From positions 1-40,361 of the IMG/VR virus record IMGVR_UViG_3300045988_017739: a stretch of 40,361 bases of DNA. One strand, given 5' to 3'. Of the stretch, positions 25,993 to 34,690 are shown piece by piece. Both the position numbers and the translations under genes were made by a program. Source of the stretch: a virus. Numbering within the stretch: the first letter of the stretch is position 1; every line of letters starts with the position of its first letter. Under the pieces are notes generated by a model. The model was given only the letters and a program-made list of their open reading frames with translations, was not told the origin of the DNA and did no database searches.

Positions 25993-26264
25993 TTGTCTTT
26001 GTCCTCCTTCAGCGGGCCATATTTGAACGTTTGCCCCATCCAGTGTGCCAGTGCGTCAACCTGTGTCCGTCCACGCGCACCCAGCCGCCCGCAGCGGGTA
26101 CAGCCCACAGAGTACCCACCATCATTGCCGTACTTGCTCTTGCGGTAGCGGATCAGCCCCACGGCGCCGTGTGGACGCTTTTCCGGGTCGTAGGTTTCAG
26201 CACCGCAGATGCAGCGGGCTTTTTCGTCCAGAATGGGCAGGCGGTTGTCTTTTTTCTGGGTCAT
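25989..26264 (-). CDS. Zinc-ribbon protein (Lar-like, tentative)
   Basis: 91 aa with CICG...CTRCG pairs and ...DALAHWM... near the C-terminus. ATGA overlap with the primase start. Confidence 0.35.
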   Translation of the reverse strand: MTQKKDNRLPILDEKARCICGAETYDPEKRPHGAVGLIRYRKSKYGNDGGYSVGCTRCGRLGARGRTQVDALAHWMGQTFKYGPLKEDKDK

Positions 26265-26434
26265 CTTACAGTCTCCCTCCAGTCCTTTGACAGGATCACA
26301 TGGACTTCCAGCCGGCGCAGGATGCGCATGGCTTTGTCCACGCCCTTGGCCTCGTTGTAACGTTTGGCAGCCATCAGGGCGTCATACTCCGTCTGCAAGC
26401 GCCGCAGGCTGCTGTCGAGGGAGACAGCGTACAC
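26261..26434 (-). CDS. Small helical hypothetical protein (start uncertain; see homopolymer finding)
   Basis: Open frame ...YAVSLDSSLRRLQTEYDALMAAKRYNEAKGVDKAMRILRRLEVHVILSKDWRETVR. GTG at 26434 lies 7 nt after GGAGGG. ATGA overlap with the next gene. Not in the ORF track because it is under 60 aa. Confidence 0.4.
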   Translation of the reverse strand: MYAVSLDSSLRRLQTEYDALMAAKRYNEAKGVDKAMRILRRLEVHVILSKDWRETVR

Positions 26435-26484
26435 AGCAGCGCCCTCCAGAATGATGGAATTTTTTTTTTGTTGTGCTCATGGCG

Positions 26485-28488
26485 TTAGTCCTTAGTAAAA
26501 AAACCACCGTACCAGCCCGCCGCGTTCAGGGGCAGACCCTGCGCCCAAGGGGGTACAATGCTCATGATGTCGATAACGTTCTGCAGCGCCCACTCTGTAT
26601 CTGCGGTACGCCGGGAAGGATATTCAATCACCACTTCGTCATGGACATGGAACACCACCCGGTAGTTCGCCCGGCGCAGGTTGTCCAGTGCAAAGGCCAG
26701 ACAGTCACGGCCCACGGCTTGGGTCAAGTTCTCGGTCAGCTTGCCGCCGTAAGTCTCGGATTCAGACCAGTGGCCGTAGTCCCACTCTTTGTAGGTGATC
26801 CGGTCATCCTCGGTGGTGCCGGGATCTGCGTAGAACAGCTTGCGCCCGCTGGGCAGCTGCATGGTCAGGAACGGAAAAGGACACTCCGGGGTCATCTCCT
26901 TGCGGAAGTACACACCCTCCCGCGGGCAGGTGGTTCTGCCGGTGCGGATCGTCCGCACAGCGGCCTGCTGCATCCGGCGCCACAAGGCGCAGATCTTCGG
27001 GTTTTGTCCCCGCCAGCGGTTTACGATATCCTGCAGCCCGGCATCGTCCAGACCCAGCTGATCGCCGCCCATGCGCTTCATGGCACCCACGCCGCCCTGA
27101 TAGCCCAGCGCCAGCGTTGCCACCTTGCCGCGCTGCCGGTACTTGTAGTTCGGATTGCCTTTGACGATGCTTTCAAACGGCACGCCGAAAATACGGGCTG
27201 CGGTGGCCTCGTAAATCTTGCCGGTGGTGCGGAAAACATCCAGCACCCAGTCCTCCCCGGCCAGCCATGCGATCAGCCGCGCCTCGATCGCGGAAAAGTC
27301 CGCATCAATGAAGGTGTACCCCTTGCCGGGTACCAGCGCCGTGCGGATCATCTGACTTAGTGTGTCATTGACGTTACCGGTCAGCAGCTCGATGCTGTAC
27401 GCATCGTGTAGCTTAATGATTCTGCGCCAGTCCTCTTGGTGGTCAAGGTATGTACGGGGCAGGTTCTGCACCTGCAGCAGCCTGCCAGCCCAGCGCCCGG
27501 TGCGGGATGCACCGTAGAACTGCAGGGTGCCGCGCACCCGATCATCCGGGCCCGCACAGGCGGCAATGGTGTCGTACTTGGTGCAGCTGGTTTTGCCCAT
27601 CTGCTGACGCAGCTCCAGCACCCGCCGGGCATCTGCCGGAAGATCCCCGGCCAGAGCGTGCGCCACGGCGTCCTTGGTCAGCCCCGGCAGATCAACGCCG
27701 CGGTTATGCAACCAGCCCAGCAGCTGATCCCGGCTGTTCGGGTTCGCCAGCCCGGTCAGGGTCGTGCACTCAGCGGTCTGCTCCTTCTCAACCTGTGCGG
27801 CGCAGCTTAGCGCACCGTTCACAAGATCCATATCCACTGCCACGCCCATGGCGTTCATCTCCACATCATCCCGCCACTGTTGCATCAAAGCCTCTGGCAC
27901 CGGCCAGTGCGCAAGGCGCCGGTCATTGGCGCGCTCTGCGATCACGTCCATGCCGTTATACTTGCAGAACAGATGCCATTTGGCGGGGTCGTGGCGGGGC
28001 AGGTTGCGGGTGCGGCCTCCGTTGGCCTTTGTGGGCTTGCAGGGTTGGCAGAAATATTTGATGAGCGCTTTGCCTTCCTTCATCTTCAGGGCATCTTCCG
28101 GCTGCTGCAGAACCTGACCCAGTGCGCCCAACTGGGCGGGCAGTCCGCAGTAGAGGGCGTGAATCATGCTGCACTCCCACTGCTGCAGCCAGAGCACCCG
28201 CTGTTCCCAGCTCAGCTCCATGTACTCAGACAGACACCACCACTCGAAGGCGGCGTTATGCGCCCGCTTGGTGTAGCTGGCATCGAACAGCCACGGCATA
28301 CTCACATAGAGGCAGCACCGTGGGTCAGGCTCCAACGTCAGGTCAAGCACTGTCGGTGCAGCTGAATCTTCTGCGCAATAACCGAACAGTAGCACTTGAA
28401 ACTCTGGATCCTGTGCGTACCGGAAAAGCCCGACTTCGCTGATGTCCTGTGGGGAATAGGTCTCAATATCAACCGTGATGATTTTCAC
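26485..28488 (-). CDS. Family A DNA polymerase with N-terminal 3'-5' exonuclease
   Basis: 667 aa. ExoI is VDIETYS, motif B is RQRGKVATLALGYQGG, and motif C is VFHVHDEVVIE. GTG start after AAGGAGG. Confidence 0.9.
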   Translation of the reverse strand: MKIITVDIETYSPQDISEVGLFRYAQDPEFQVLLFGYCAEDSAAPTVLDLTLEPDPRCCLYVSMPWLFDASYTKRAHNAAFEWWCLSEYMELSWEQRVLWLQQWECSMIHALYCGLPAQLGALGQVLQQPEDALKMKEGKALIKYFCQPCKPTKANGGRTRNLPRHDPAKWHLFCKYNGMDVIAERANDRRLAHWPVPEALMQQWRDDVEMNAMGVAVDMDLVNGALSCAAQVEKEQTAECTTLTGLANPNSRDQLLGWLHNRGVDLPGLTKDAVAHALAGDLPADARRVLELRQQMGKTSCTKYDTIAACAGPDDRVRGTLQFYGASRTGRWAGRLLQVQNLPRTYLDHQEDWRRIIKLHDAYSIELLTGNVNDTLSQMIRTALVPGKGYTFIDADFSAIEARLIAWLAGEDWVLDVFRTTGKIYEATAARIFGVPFESIVKGNPNYKYRQRGKVATLALGYQGGVGAMKRMGGDQLGLDDAGLQDIVNRWRGQNPKICALWRRMQQAAVRTIRTGRTTCPREGVYFRKEMTPECPFPFLTMQLPSGRKLFYADPGTTEDDRITYKEWDYGHWSESETYGGKLTENLTQAVGRDCLAFALDNLRRANYRVVFHVHDEVVIEYPSRRTADTEWALQNVIDIMSIVPPWAQGLPLNAAGWYGGFFTKD

Positions 28489-28546
28489 AGGGCAGTCCTC
28501 CTTTTGAAAAGAACCGGGTGCCGTTTCGGGGCACCCGGCGTATTAC

Positions 28547-29098
28547 TTAGCCCAGCATATCGGCTGCATCATCGTCCAGCACGTCAAAGCCTTCCAAGCT
28601 GCTGCCACCGCTCAGACGCTCACCGTCACGCACCTTCTGGATGACCTCCAGCCCGGCGCCGATGCCCTTGTTACCGCTGGCGCTGAAGCTGAACAGACCG
28701 ATCTTCACGTTGGCGTAGCAGCCGCTGTACACCTCGTCCTGATCCAGCACGTCATTGCACTGCCGATCAATGATGCGCGGGTGGCGCTTCTCGCTGGCGT
28801 TGGCGTTGATGAAGTAGCAGCCGGCGTAGTTTTCATCGTCCTTCTCCTCGTCACCATCACGCAGCGGGGACTTGAAACTCTTCTCCGGGGGCAGCTTGCC
28901 ACCCCACTTTGCCAGCGCCACAGGATCCTTCTTGATCCGCTCGATCATGGCCTGCAGACGCTGCACCGTCTTGGTGTCGCTCTTGGGGATCAGCAGGCAG
29001 CAGCTGTACTTGGGATCGCCGGTGCCGTTGACCTGCTTGGGCTCCCAGATGTTGGCGTAAGACAGGCGGCAGGGGATAATAATTTCATTTGCGTTCAT
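28547..29098 (-). CDS. DUF2815-type phage ssDNA-binding protein
   Basis: 183 aa. ...CRLSYANIWEPK... N-terminus and acidic tail DVLDDDAADMLG. It is the usual partner of DUF2800 and PolA in this replication module. Confidence 0.65.
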   Translation of the reverse strand: MNANEIIIPCRLSYANIWEPKQVNGTGDPKYSCCLLIPKSDTKTVQRLQAMIERIKKDPVALAKWGGKLPPEKSFKSPLRDGDEEKDDENYAGCYFINANASEKRHPRIIDRQCNDVLDQDEVYSGCYANVKIGLFSFSASGNKGIGAGLEVIQKVRDGERLSGGSSLEGFDVLDDDAADMLG

Positions 29099-29100
29099 AG

Positions 29101-30258
29101 TTAGTCCTCCTCGGCTTTGAAGCCATCCAGATTGTTATAGGCAGGGCGCGGGTCGCTGTCATTGGCCAGCTTAGGCGCGCCCGGCGCTTTCGTGATAAAG
29201 GCAGACATGGTCTCAGCAAACTTCTTTTTGCCGATCATCTTTTCTGCTACAGTAAGGGAGATGGGGGTGCGGGTGTACAGCATGGCCTCGTCAATGCCTG
29301 CAGCCTGCAACTGCCGGAAAGCCGCGTCCTGATCGCTCCATTTGCGGGTGCTGCGGCCTTCCACCAGCTTCCAGCCGGGGATCTGGTGGCCGTCCAGCAG
29401 AGCCTGCTGCGCGTACTCTTCCAGATCACGGGCATAGTCAGCCAGACCCACCAGCTTCCGCAGCCACTCACCCAGTTCCTTGTCGGAGAGTGTAGCGGGC
29501 TGCGGCAGGGGTTCAAACCCAGCCAGATCGCCGTACTTGTCCTGCCATGCCCGGCAGGTGGGGTACGCCTTGCAGAAGCGGCACTGCTTTTCGCCCGGAG
29601 CAAAGTTACCCTTGCCCTCCCATGCCAGCATGGCCGCTGGCTGCAGGGTCTTTTCAGCCCAGTCCAGCAGATCCGCAAGCGGCATTTCAAAGGTTTCCGG
29701 CTCTTCTTGGATCCGGGGCTGCACGATGCTCATGCGCACGGTCTGGATCTCGTCTGTTGCGGCGAACAGAGCATACGCGCCCAGCGCGTAGTACATCAGC
29801 TGGGGGTTATTCTCGCAGCTGACCGGGACGCCCTGCCCGTACTTGAAATCCACGATATGCAACACGTCGTCCCCGATCAGCAGGCAGTCGCAGGTGCCAA
29901 AACCTCCGGGCACCCACTGCTCCACATTGACCTCCTGCTCAATAAACACGCCGGGGCGGGAGGTAAAACCGACCCACAAATCATAGATAAAAGAGGTGTA
30001 CCGGCAGGCAGCGTTGAACATTTCCGTGGGCATTGACCACTGCGCCCAGTCGGTCAGCAGATCAAAGGGCTTGCCATCCTCCCACTTTTTCAGTTTGTAA
30101 CGGAGGGCGTGTTCACACGCTTCGTGCGCCTTGGTTCCTTCCTCGGCATACTGGCTGGATCCACCTTCCATGCTCTCCGTCAGGCGGGCAGAGGGCGGGC
30201 AGGCGATCCACCGGGCAGCGCTGGACGCGCCCAGCAGCGCGTGTTTAATTGGCGGCAT
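29101..30258 (-). CDS. DUF2800-type PD-(D/E)XK nuclease (Cas4-like Cys cluster)
   Basis: Preferred start is MPPIKHALLGASSAARWIACPPS at ATG 30258. The nuclease core is GTCDCLLIGDDVLHIVDFKYGQG. A C-terminal CRFCKAYPTC cluster is present. Confidence 0.7.
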   Translation of the reverse strand: MPPIKHALLGASSAARWIACPPSARLTESMEGGSSQYAEEGTKAHEACEHALRYKLKKWEDGKPFDLLTDWAQWSMPTEMFNAACRYTSFIYDLWVGFTSRPGVFIEQEVNVEQWVPGGFGTCDCLLIGDDVLHIVDFKYGQGVPVSCENNPQLMYYALGAYALFAATDEIQTVRMSIVQPRIQEEPETFEMPLADLLDWAEKTLQPAAMLAWEGKGNFAPGEKQCRFCKAYPTCRAWQDKYGDLAGFEPLPQPATLSDKELGEWLRKLVGLADYARDLEEYAQQALLDGHQIPGWKLVEGRSTRKWSDQDAAFRQLQAAGIDEAMLYTRTPISLTVAEKMIGKKKFAETMSAFITKAPGAPKLANDSDPRPAYNNLDGFKAEED

Positions 30259-30709
30259 CGAGCTCCTCCTTGATCTTGCACAGCTGCTCCCACACGGCAG
30301 TGTAGCTGTCCTCCGGGATCTTCGACACCATCCGGGCACCGGTGGAGTTGATGACCTTCTGGACTTCCTTGCTCTTGCCCGCAGCGATCAGGGAGCGGGC
30401 AAGGTCGCGGATCTTGGTCAGCTGCTGCTCCGGGGTGATGGCCGGCGCGTCCGTGTTTTCGGGTTCAGCGGGCTGCTCATTCCACGGCATCTGCGGCGGT
30501 TCCTCGGCGGCAGGCTCCTGTTTCTCGGCGGTGGCGGCTGCGGGCGCCGCTGCGGGCTTTTCCGGCGCAGTGGGTGCAGGGCGCTGCTGCTTTGCCGGAG
30601 CCTTTGCGGGCTTGCTCTGGGGCTTCTCCAGCGGGGTGGGGTTCAGCTGCTGCAAAGCAGTCAGCAGCTCGGCGGCGCTCTCGCCGTTGATAGTCAGTGT
30701 AAAAGTCAT
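30245..30709 (-). CDS. Hypothetical protein with a Pro/Ala-rich linker
   Basis: 154 aa. Central low-complexity segment PAKAPAKQQRPAPTAPEKPAAAPAAATAEKQEPAAEEPP. Confidence 0.5.
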   Translation of the reverse strand: MTFTLTINGESAAELLTALQQLNPTPLEKPQSKPAKAPAKQQRPAPTAPEKPAAAPAAATAEKQEPAAEEPPQMPWNEQPAEPENTDAPAITPEQQLTKIRDLARSLIAAGKSKEVQKVINSTGARMVSKIPEDSYTAVWEQLCKIKEELDAAN

Positions 30710-30897
30710 TGTGATAGGTCCTCCTTTTTGATGTGCTCTTTGAAAAATGTGTACTTAGTCCTCTGGCCCAGCGTAGACTGACTGACGGTGCAATAAAAGC
30801 TGTGACGGGTCATGCCAAGGGCTTTGATGCACTCTTGGGCGGTGCCGCTGGCCACGATCTCGTCAGTGTCCGTCAGGTACACTGTGTACCAGATCAC
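30706..30897 (-). CDS. Small hypothetical protein, possible HTH
   Basis: 63 aa with an HTH-like segment ...TAQECIKALGMTRHSFYCTVS.... Overlapping stops and starts on both sides. Confidence 0.4.
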   Translation of the reverse strand: MIWYTVYLTDTDEIVASGTAQECIKALGMTRHSFYCTVSQSTLGQRTKYTFFKEHIKKEDLSQ

Positions 30898-31226
30898 TGG
30901 GCTTTGTCCTCCGGGTATTCAGGGTTGCGGGCGTGATCCCGTTCGATCACGCCGTACTGCCGCTGGCTGCTGCGCCGGTAGTGCTCACTGTCCTTGCGCA
31001 TCTCCCACAAGGACAGCACCAGACCGCCGGCTACCGCCAGAAAGATCACCGGCGCGGCTTTTGCGGCTTCAGCCGCCGCCCAGCCCCCGTGCACAACCAG
31101 CGCGTGCGCAATGCCGTTGACGATCCAGCGTATCACCCGCCCCGCGCCGATCAGCACGAGAATAACCACTCCGTTTGTTACCAGAAGCGCCCCGCCAGAG
31201 GACATCTTAAAAGTGTATCGTTTCAT
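30894..31226 (-). CDS. Hypothetical membrane protein
   Basis: 110 aa with two hydrophobic segments (LLVTNGVVILVLIGAG, PVIFLAVAGGLVLSLW). Confidence 0.45.
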   Translation of the reverse strand: MKRYTFKMSSGGALLVTNGVVILVLIGAGRVIRWIVNGIAHALVVHGGWAAAEAAKAAPVIFLAVAGGLVLSLWEMRKDSEHYRRSSQRQYGVIERDHARNPEYPEDKAQ

Positions 31227-31229
31227 TGG

Positions 31230-31445
31230 TCAACCCTCCATCCGATCCAGCAGGTTTGTTGCAGCCATCATCACGCTGCTAAGATACGCGGCAGGATCTC
31301 CAGCGCCGTACATGGCGGTCACGCCTGCCATAAGCGCGGCACAGAGGCCCATCACCTCGGTACGGCTGCCCCCTAACTCGATCTCCGGGTTACCGTCAGC
31401 ACCGATCTGGATGTGCAGATACGGCGTTTTTTCTTTGTTACCCAT
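31230..31445 (-). CDS. Hypothetical protein
   Basis: 71 aa starting MGNKEKTPYLHIQ at ATG 31445, after AAGGAGGA. Confidence 0.5.
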   Translation of the reverse strand: MGNKEKTPYLHIQIGADGNPEIELGGSRTEVMGLCAALMAGVTAMYGAGDPAAYLSSVMMAATNLLDRMEG

Positions 31446-31698
31446 GCTGTTCCTCCTTTGCAACTTCAGGGAAAAAGTAAAAACCAATTTCGCTTTGCGG
31501 AATGTCAAGCGCAACGCAGATCTTGCAGATCTCGCTGGACAACCACGGCGTCACGCCGCGCATACGGCGGCTCAAGAGCTGGGGCTGCATCCCAACGGCA
31601 GCAGCAACCTCGCTGTCAAGCAGCCCGCGCTCCCGGAACAGGGCACGCAGCTGCCAGAAGGGGCTCTGTCGAAATGTACCGGTCAATGCCGTCTGCAT
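31438..31698 (-). CDS. HTH DNA-binding protein (second gene of the early leftward operon)
   Basis: MQTALTG... at ATG 31698, 8 nt after AAGGAG. ...LLDSEVAAAVGMQPQLLSRRMRG... is an HTH. Confidence 0.55.
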   Translation of the reverse strand: MQTALTGTFRQSPFWQLRALFRERGLLDSEVAAAVGMQPQLLSRRMRGVTPWLSSEICKICVALDIPQSEIGFYFFPEVAKEEQHG

Positions 31699-31703
31699 TA
31701 TGC

Positions 31704-31940
31704 TCACTCCTTTACAGTCGCATCTTGTGCGACATTCTGGGCAAAGAAAATCTGCTGCCCTTCGTCTGCGCTCAGGTGCAGGGCTTTCGTTATAGACAGC
31801 ACTTCACCGATGGTAAAGTCATCGCCACCGGTGTTTATCTTACGATAAAGCGTTGATTTGCTTAACCCAACAGCGTCTGCAAGCTCTACTACGGAAGTCC
31901 CACGCTCCACGATGGCTGCTTTGAACTTCGCTACGTTCAC
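31704..31940 (-). CDS. Cro-like XRE-family repressor
   Basis: 78 aa from GTG 31940, after AAAGGAGTG. ...TSVVELADAVGLSKSTLYRKINTG... is an HTH. It is divergent from the cI-like gene. Confidence 0.7.
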   Translation of the reverse strand: MNVAKFKAAIVERGTSVVELADAVGLSKSTLYRKINTGGDDFTIGEVLSITKALHLSADEGQQIFFAQNVAQDATVKE

Positions 31941-31980
31941 GCTCTTCACTCCTTTCTGTCGCATATCATGCAACACCTGT

Positions 31981-32087
31981 AGTATAGCTTCTCCGTTTCC
32001 AAAAGTCAAGCACTTTTTCGCGCAATACGCGACAAAAGTCTGAACGGCACAGAAAAAAGTTGCAAATTTGCGATTTTGCATTATAAT
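31981..32087. promoter_or_regulatory. Lysogeny switch: divergent promoters and a palindromic operator candidate
   Basis: Leftward promoter is TTGACT (rc of 32004..32009), a 17-nt spacer, then TATACT (rc of 31981..31986). Rightward promoter is TTGCAA (32060..32065), a 16-nt spacer, then TATAAT (32082..32087). Palindrome TCGCG-caata-CGCGA is at 32018..32032. Confidence 0.65.
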
Positions 32088-32109
32088 AGAGGAGAGAGGA
32101 GGCGGTACA

Positions 32110-32895
32110 ATGACGATTGGCAACAGGATCCGGGACAAAAGAATGGCCCTCGGCTTGTCCGTAGACGATCTCGCTGCAATGCTGGGCAAAAACCGGGCAA
32201 CGGTCTATCGTTATGAAAACGGCAATATTGAAAACCTGCCCATCGGCGTGCTGGAGCCTTTGGCTCATGCCCTGCAGACAACACCGGGCTACCTGATCGG
32301 CTGGACAGAGGATGATTACGACTGGGATCGGGATCTGGACAACCGACTGGCTGCCGTGGCGGGGGATCGCTGGGAAGAGCTGGTAAAGCAAAACCACGGA
32401 GATAAGGCAGCCGCGTGGAAGGACTGGAAAAACATCGAGCGCGATCAGGCCGCAGAGGCCGCCAGAAGCAGCGCGCTGCCTGCTGGCGCTACACTGTTCA
32501 ATCCTCAGCAGGTCGCTCCGCTGCTCGGATCCGTCCGGGCAGGGCTGCCGATGTACGTTGAAGAAAACATTGAAGGATACCTGCCCATCATGCAGACCGA
32601 TGGGGCGCGCTACTTCTGGCTGACAGTACGCGGGGACAGCATGACCGCCGCCGGGCTGAATGACGGTGATCAGATCCTTGTCAGAGAGCAGCCCGAAGTG
32701 GAAAACGGACAGCTTGCGGTGGTCATGGTGAATGGCGATGAGGCTACGGTAAAGTATTTCCGGCAGGAGGGCAATCTGGTTATCCTGACGCCCAAAAGCT
32801 TCAATCCTGTGCACCAGCCGCAGATCTATGATCTGAAGCACATTCCGGTCCGGGTGGCGGGGCTGGTGGTAGAGTGCAGAAAAACGTTCAGGTGA
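32110..32895 (+). CDS. cI-like repressor (XRE HTH plus LexA/S24 autopeptidase domain)
   Basis: MTIGNRIRDKRMALGLSVDDLAAMLGKNRATVYRYENG is an HTH. The C-terminal part has VRGDSM (Ser) and ...ATVKYF (Lys). ATG 32110 follows GGAGAGAGGAGG. The ORF-track start at 32068 falls inside the promoter. Confidence 0.85.
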   Translation: MTIGNRIRDKRMALGLSVDDLAAMLGKNRATVYRYENGNIENLPIGVLEPLAHALQTTPGYLIGWTEDDYDWDRDLDNRLAAVAGDRWEELVKQNHGDKAAAWKDWKNIERDQAAEAARSSALPAGATLFNPQQVAPLLGSVRAGLPMYVEENIEGYLPIMQTDGARYFWLTVRGDSMTAAGLNDGDQILVREQPEVENGQLAVVMVNGDEATVKYFRQEGNLVILTPKSFNPVHQPQIYDLKHIPVRVAGLVVECRKTFR

Positions 32896-32907
32896 GGAGG
32901 AACTAAA

Positions 32908-33171
32908 ATGGCATATCGGCGCAGCAAAGGAACCGCGGCTATGACAAAGGCTTTCAAGGACAAAAACAGATCCCGCGATAAAGCGAACGCAAAAGCAATG
33001 ACCGGTCTGATCGGCTTGGTCGGGGCTGCGTGCACCGCTTTTGCCGCCCTGTGTGTGATGCTGCTGAAGTGGACGGTGCTGGCTATGCTGTGGCTCGGCA
33101 AGCAGATCGCAGCGGCAGCCGTGTTCGTCTGGGCGAAGATCTCCGCCGCGTGGCGCTCCCGGCAGCAGTGA
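32908..33171 (+). CDS. Small membrane protein co-transcribed with the repressor (possible superinfection exclusion)
   Basis: 87 aa with a basic N-terminus and two hydrophobic segments. RBS GAGGAGGA. The functional call is speculative. Confidence 0.45.
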   Translation: MAYRRSKGTAAMTKAFKDKNRSRDKANAKAMTGLIGLVGAACTAFAALCVMLLKWTVLAMLWLGKQIAAAAVFVWAKISAAWRSRQQ

Positions 33172-33173
33172 GC

Positions 33174-33421
33174 GTCAACCTGTCAACCATGTCAACGCCA
33201 GATCGTTATTACCCCTCGCGGGCGCGCTTCAAGAATTTCCCCGCGGGTGTATATTCTTCTTTTCTTCCTTTTTAGGTCTGGATATAGAACCTATGTTGAC
33301 ACAGTTGACAGAATACCGAAAAGCCGCATCACTGCTGAACTTCTACCGCGTCAACCGGCTTTGGCGGGTCAGTTGACAAAAGCAAAAGAAAAACGCCCCC
33401 AGTGTTGGTGCACTAGGAGCG
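33174..33421 (+). repeat. Dispersed structured intergenic element, copy C
   Basis: GTCAAC at 33174, 33182, 33191 and 33350. GTTGAC at 33295, 33304 and 33372. Hairpin 33215..33247, then TTCTTCTTTTCTTC. A minus-strand terminator-like hairpin lies at 33394..33421. Confidence 0.85.
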
Positions 33422-33521
33422 TTTGCAATCAGTCTGCCCTTGGCGGGGCGTACAGACCTACACAGCTGTATTGTACCACCACAGGACAGGCTTGTCAAAG
33501 TGTACCTATGGAGGTGTGTAC

Positions 33522-34682
33522 ATGGCCAGAAGAACGAATACAGCCGCATGGCTGCCAAACCAGCAGCGCTGGCAGATCAAAGTGCAAAAGAACGGCGTGC
33601 GCCGGACTTTCACCAGTGCAAAGCCGGGTAGAACCGGTCAGCGGGAAGCGAACCGGAAAGCGGACGCTTGGCTGGATGAGGGCATCACAGATACAGCTAA
33701 ACGCTGCTCCGATGTCTGGGCAGAATTCTTGGTCTCCGCGCAGGCTGCCGCGGGCAGCAGCTACGCAGACCAAATAGAGAAGTTCGGGCGCAATTACATT
33801 CTGCCGGTGATCGGCATGAAACGTATCGGGGATCTGAACACCGGTATGCTGCAGGATGTACTGAACCGATCTTACCGCGAGGGCTGTCTGAACCCGGATA
33901 GTGAACGGAAAAGCAAAGGCAACCTGTCCCGCAAAACGCTGCAGGGGATCCGCGGGGTCGAAGTGGCCTTTGTCAAATGGGCGCGGCAGCATAAGTATAC
34001 CGCCCTGCGCCCGGAGGACGAAAACTTGGCGGTGCCGAAGGGCGCGCGAAACAAGGGCAAGAAGATCCTGCAGCCCGAAGCACTGCGCGTGCTGCTTTCC
34101 ACAGATACCCGTGTGATCCGTGGAAAAATCGTGCTTGATGATAATATCCATGCCTACCGCGTGGCAGTCATGACAGGCTTGCGCCCCGGGGAGCTGCTGG
34201 GGCTGCGTGTGGGTGATGTCGAGGGATCCCGGCTGCATATCGGGCGGGCGATTAACCGTCAGAATGAGGAGACAACCGGGAAGAACGAAAACGCGATCCG
34301 AACGGTGATCCTACACCCGTTGGCTGCTGCCGAGATCCGGGCACAGCTGCAGCAGCGTACCATACAGAGCGGACCCCTCCGGGATGATGATCCCATCTTT
34401 CCGCTGCCAAATCAGCAGAGCCTATACAATTATTGGCGGTTCTATCAGCGCAGTAACGGTATCCCGCCCATAAGCCTGTATGAACTGCGGCACACCTTTG
34501 TCAGCATGATCGAGGACGCGGTGTCCCCGGCAGAGCTGCGCCGCATGGTAGGGCACAGCAAGAGCATGGACACGTTTGGTTGGTACAGCCACGCCGTCAC
34601 TGGCAGGGATAAAGCTGCAGCATTGGCGGTTTATGACGTGCTTGCCGAGTATTCCCCAGCACCAGAAAAACCCACTTTGTAA
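33522..34682 (+). CDS. int: Tyrosine recombinase (phage integrase)
   Basis: MARRTNTAAW at ATG 33522, after GGAGGTG. Conserved residues: ...TGLRPGELLGL..., ...LRHTFVSM..., ...GHSKSMDTFGWYSH... (R, H-x-x-R, H, Y). Confidence 0.9.
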   Translation: MARRTNTAAWLPNQQRWQIKVQKNGVRRTFTSAKPGRTGQREANRKADAWLDEGITDTAKRCSDVWAEFLVSAQAAAGSSYADQIEKFGRNYILPVIGMKRIGDLNTGMLQDVLNRSYREGCLNPDSERKSKGNLSRKTLQGIRGVEVAFVKWARQHKYTALRPEDENLAVPKGARNKGKKILQPEALRVLLSTDTRVIRGKIVLDDNIHAYRVAVMTGLRPGELLGLRVGDVEGSRLHIGRAINRQNEETTGKNENAIRTVILHPLAAAEIRAQLQQRTIQSGPLRDDDPIFPLPNQQSLYNYWRFYQRSNGIPPISLYELRHTFVSMIEDAVSPAELRRMVGHSKSMDTFGWYSHAVTGRDKAAALAVYDVLAEYSPAPEKPTL

Positions 34683-34690
34683 CCCACTTT
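34669..34690 (+). repeat. Candidate integrase arm-type sites, left pair (AACCCACTTT x2)
   Basis: AACCCACTTT at 34669..34678 and 34681..34690, straddling the int stop codon. Confidence 0.45.

Noticed and set aside
32068-32109. ORF-track start (32068) for the cI-like repressor
   Set aside because: That start lies inside the -35/-10 region of the rightward promoter. ATG 32110 has a strong RBS and yields a canonical HTH N-terminus.
31966-32841. 291-aa minus-strand ORF opposite the cI-like repressor
   Set aside because: It overlaps a gene with clear HTH and S24 peptidase motifs and spans the switch promoters. It has no RBS.
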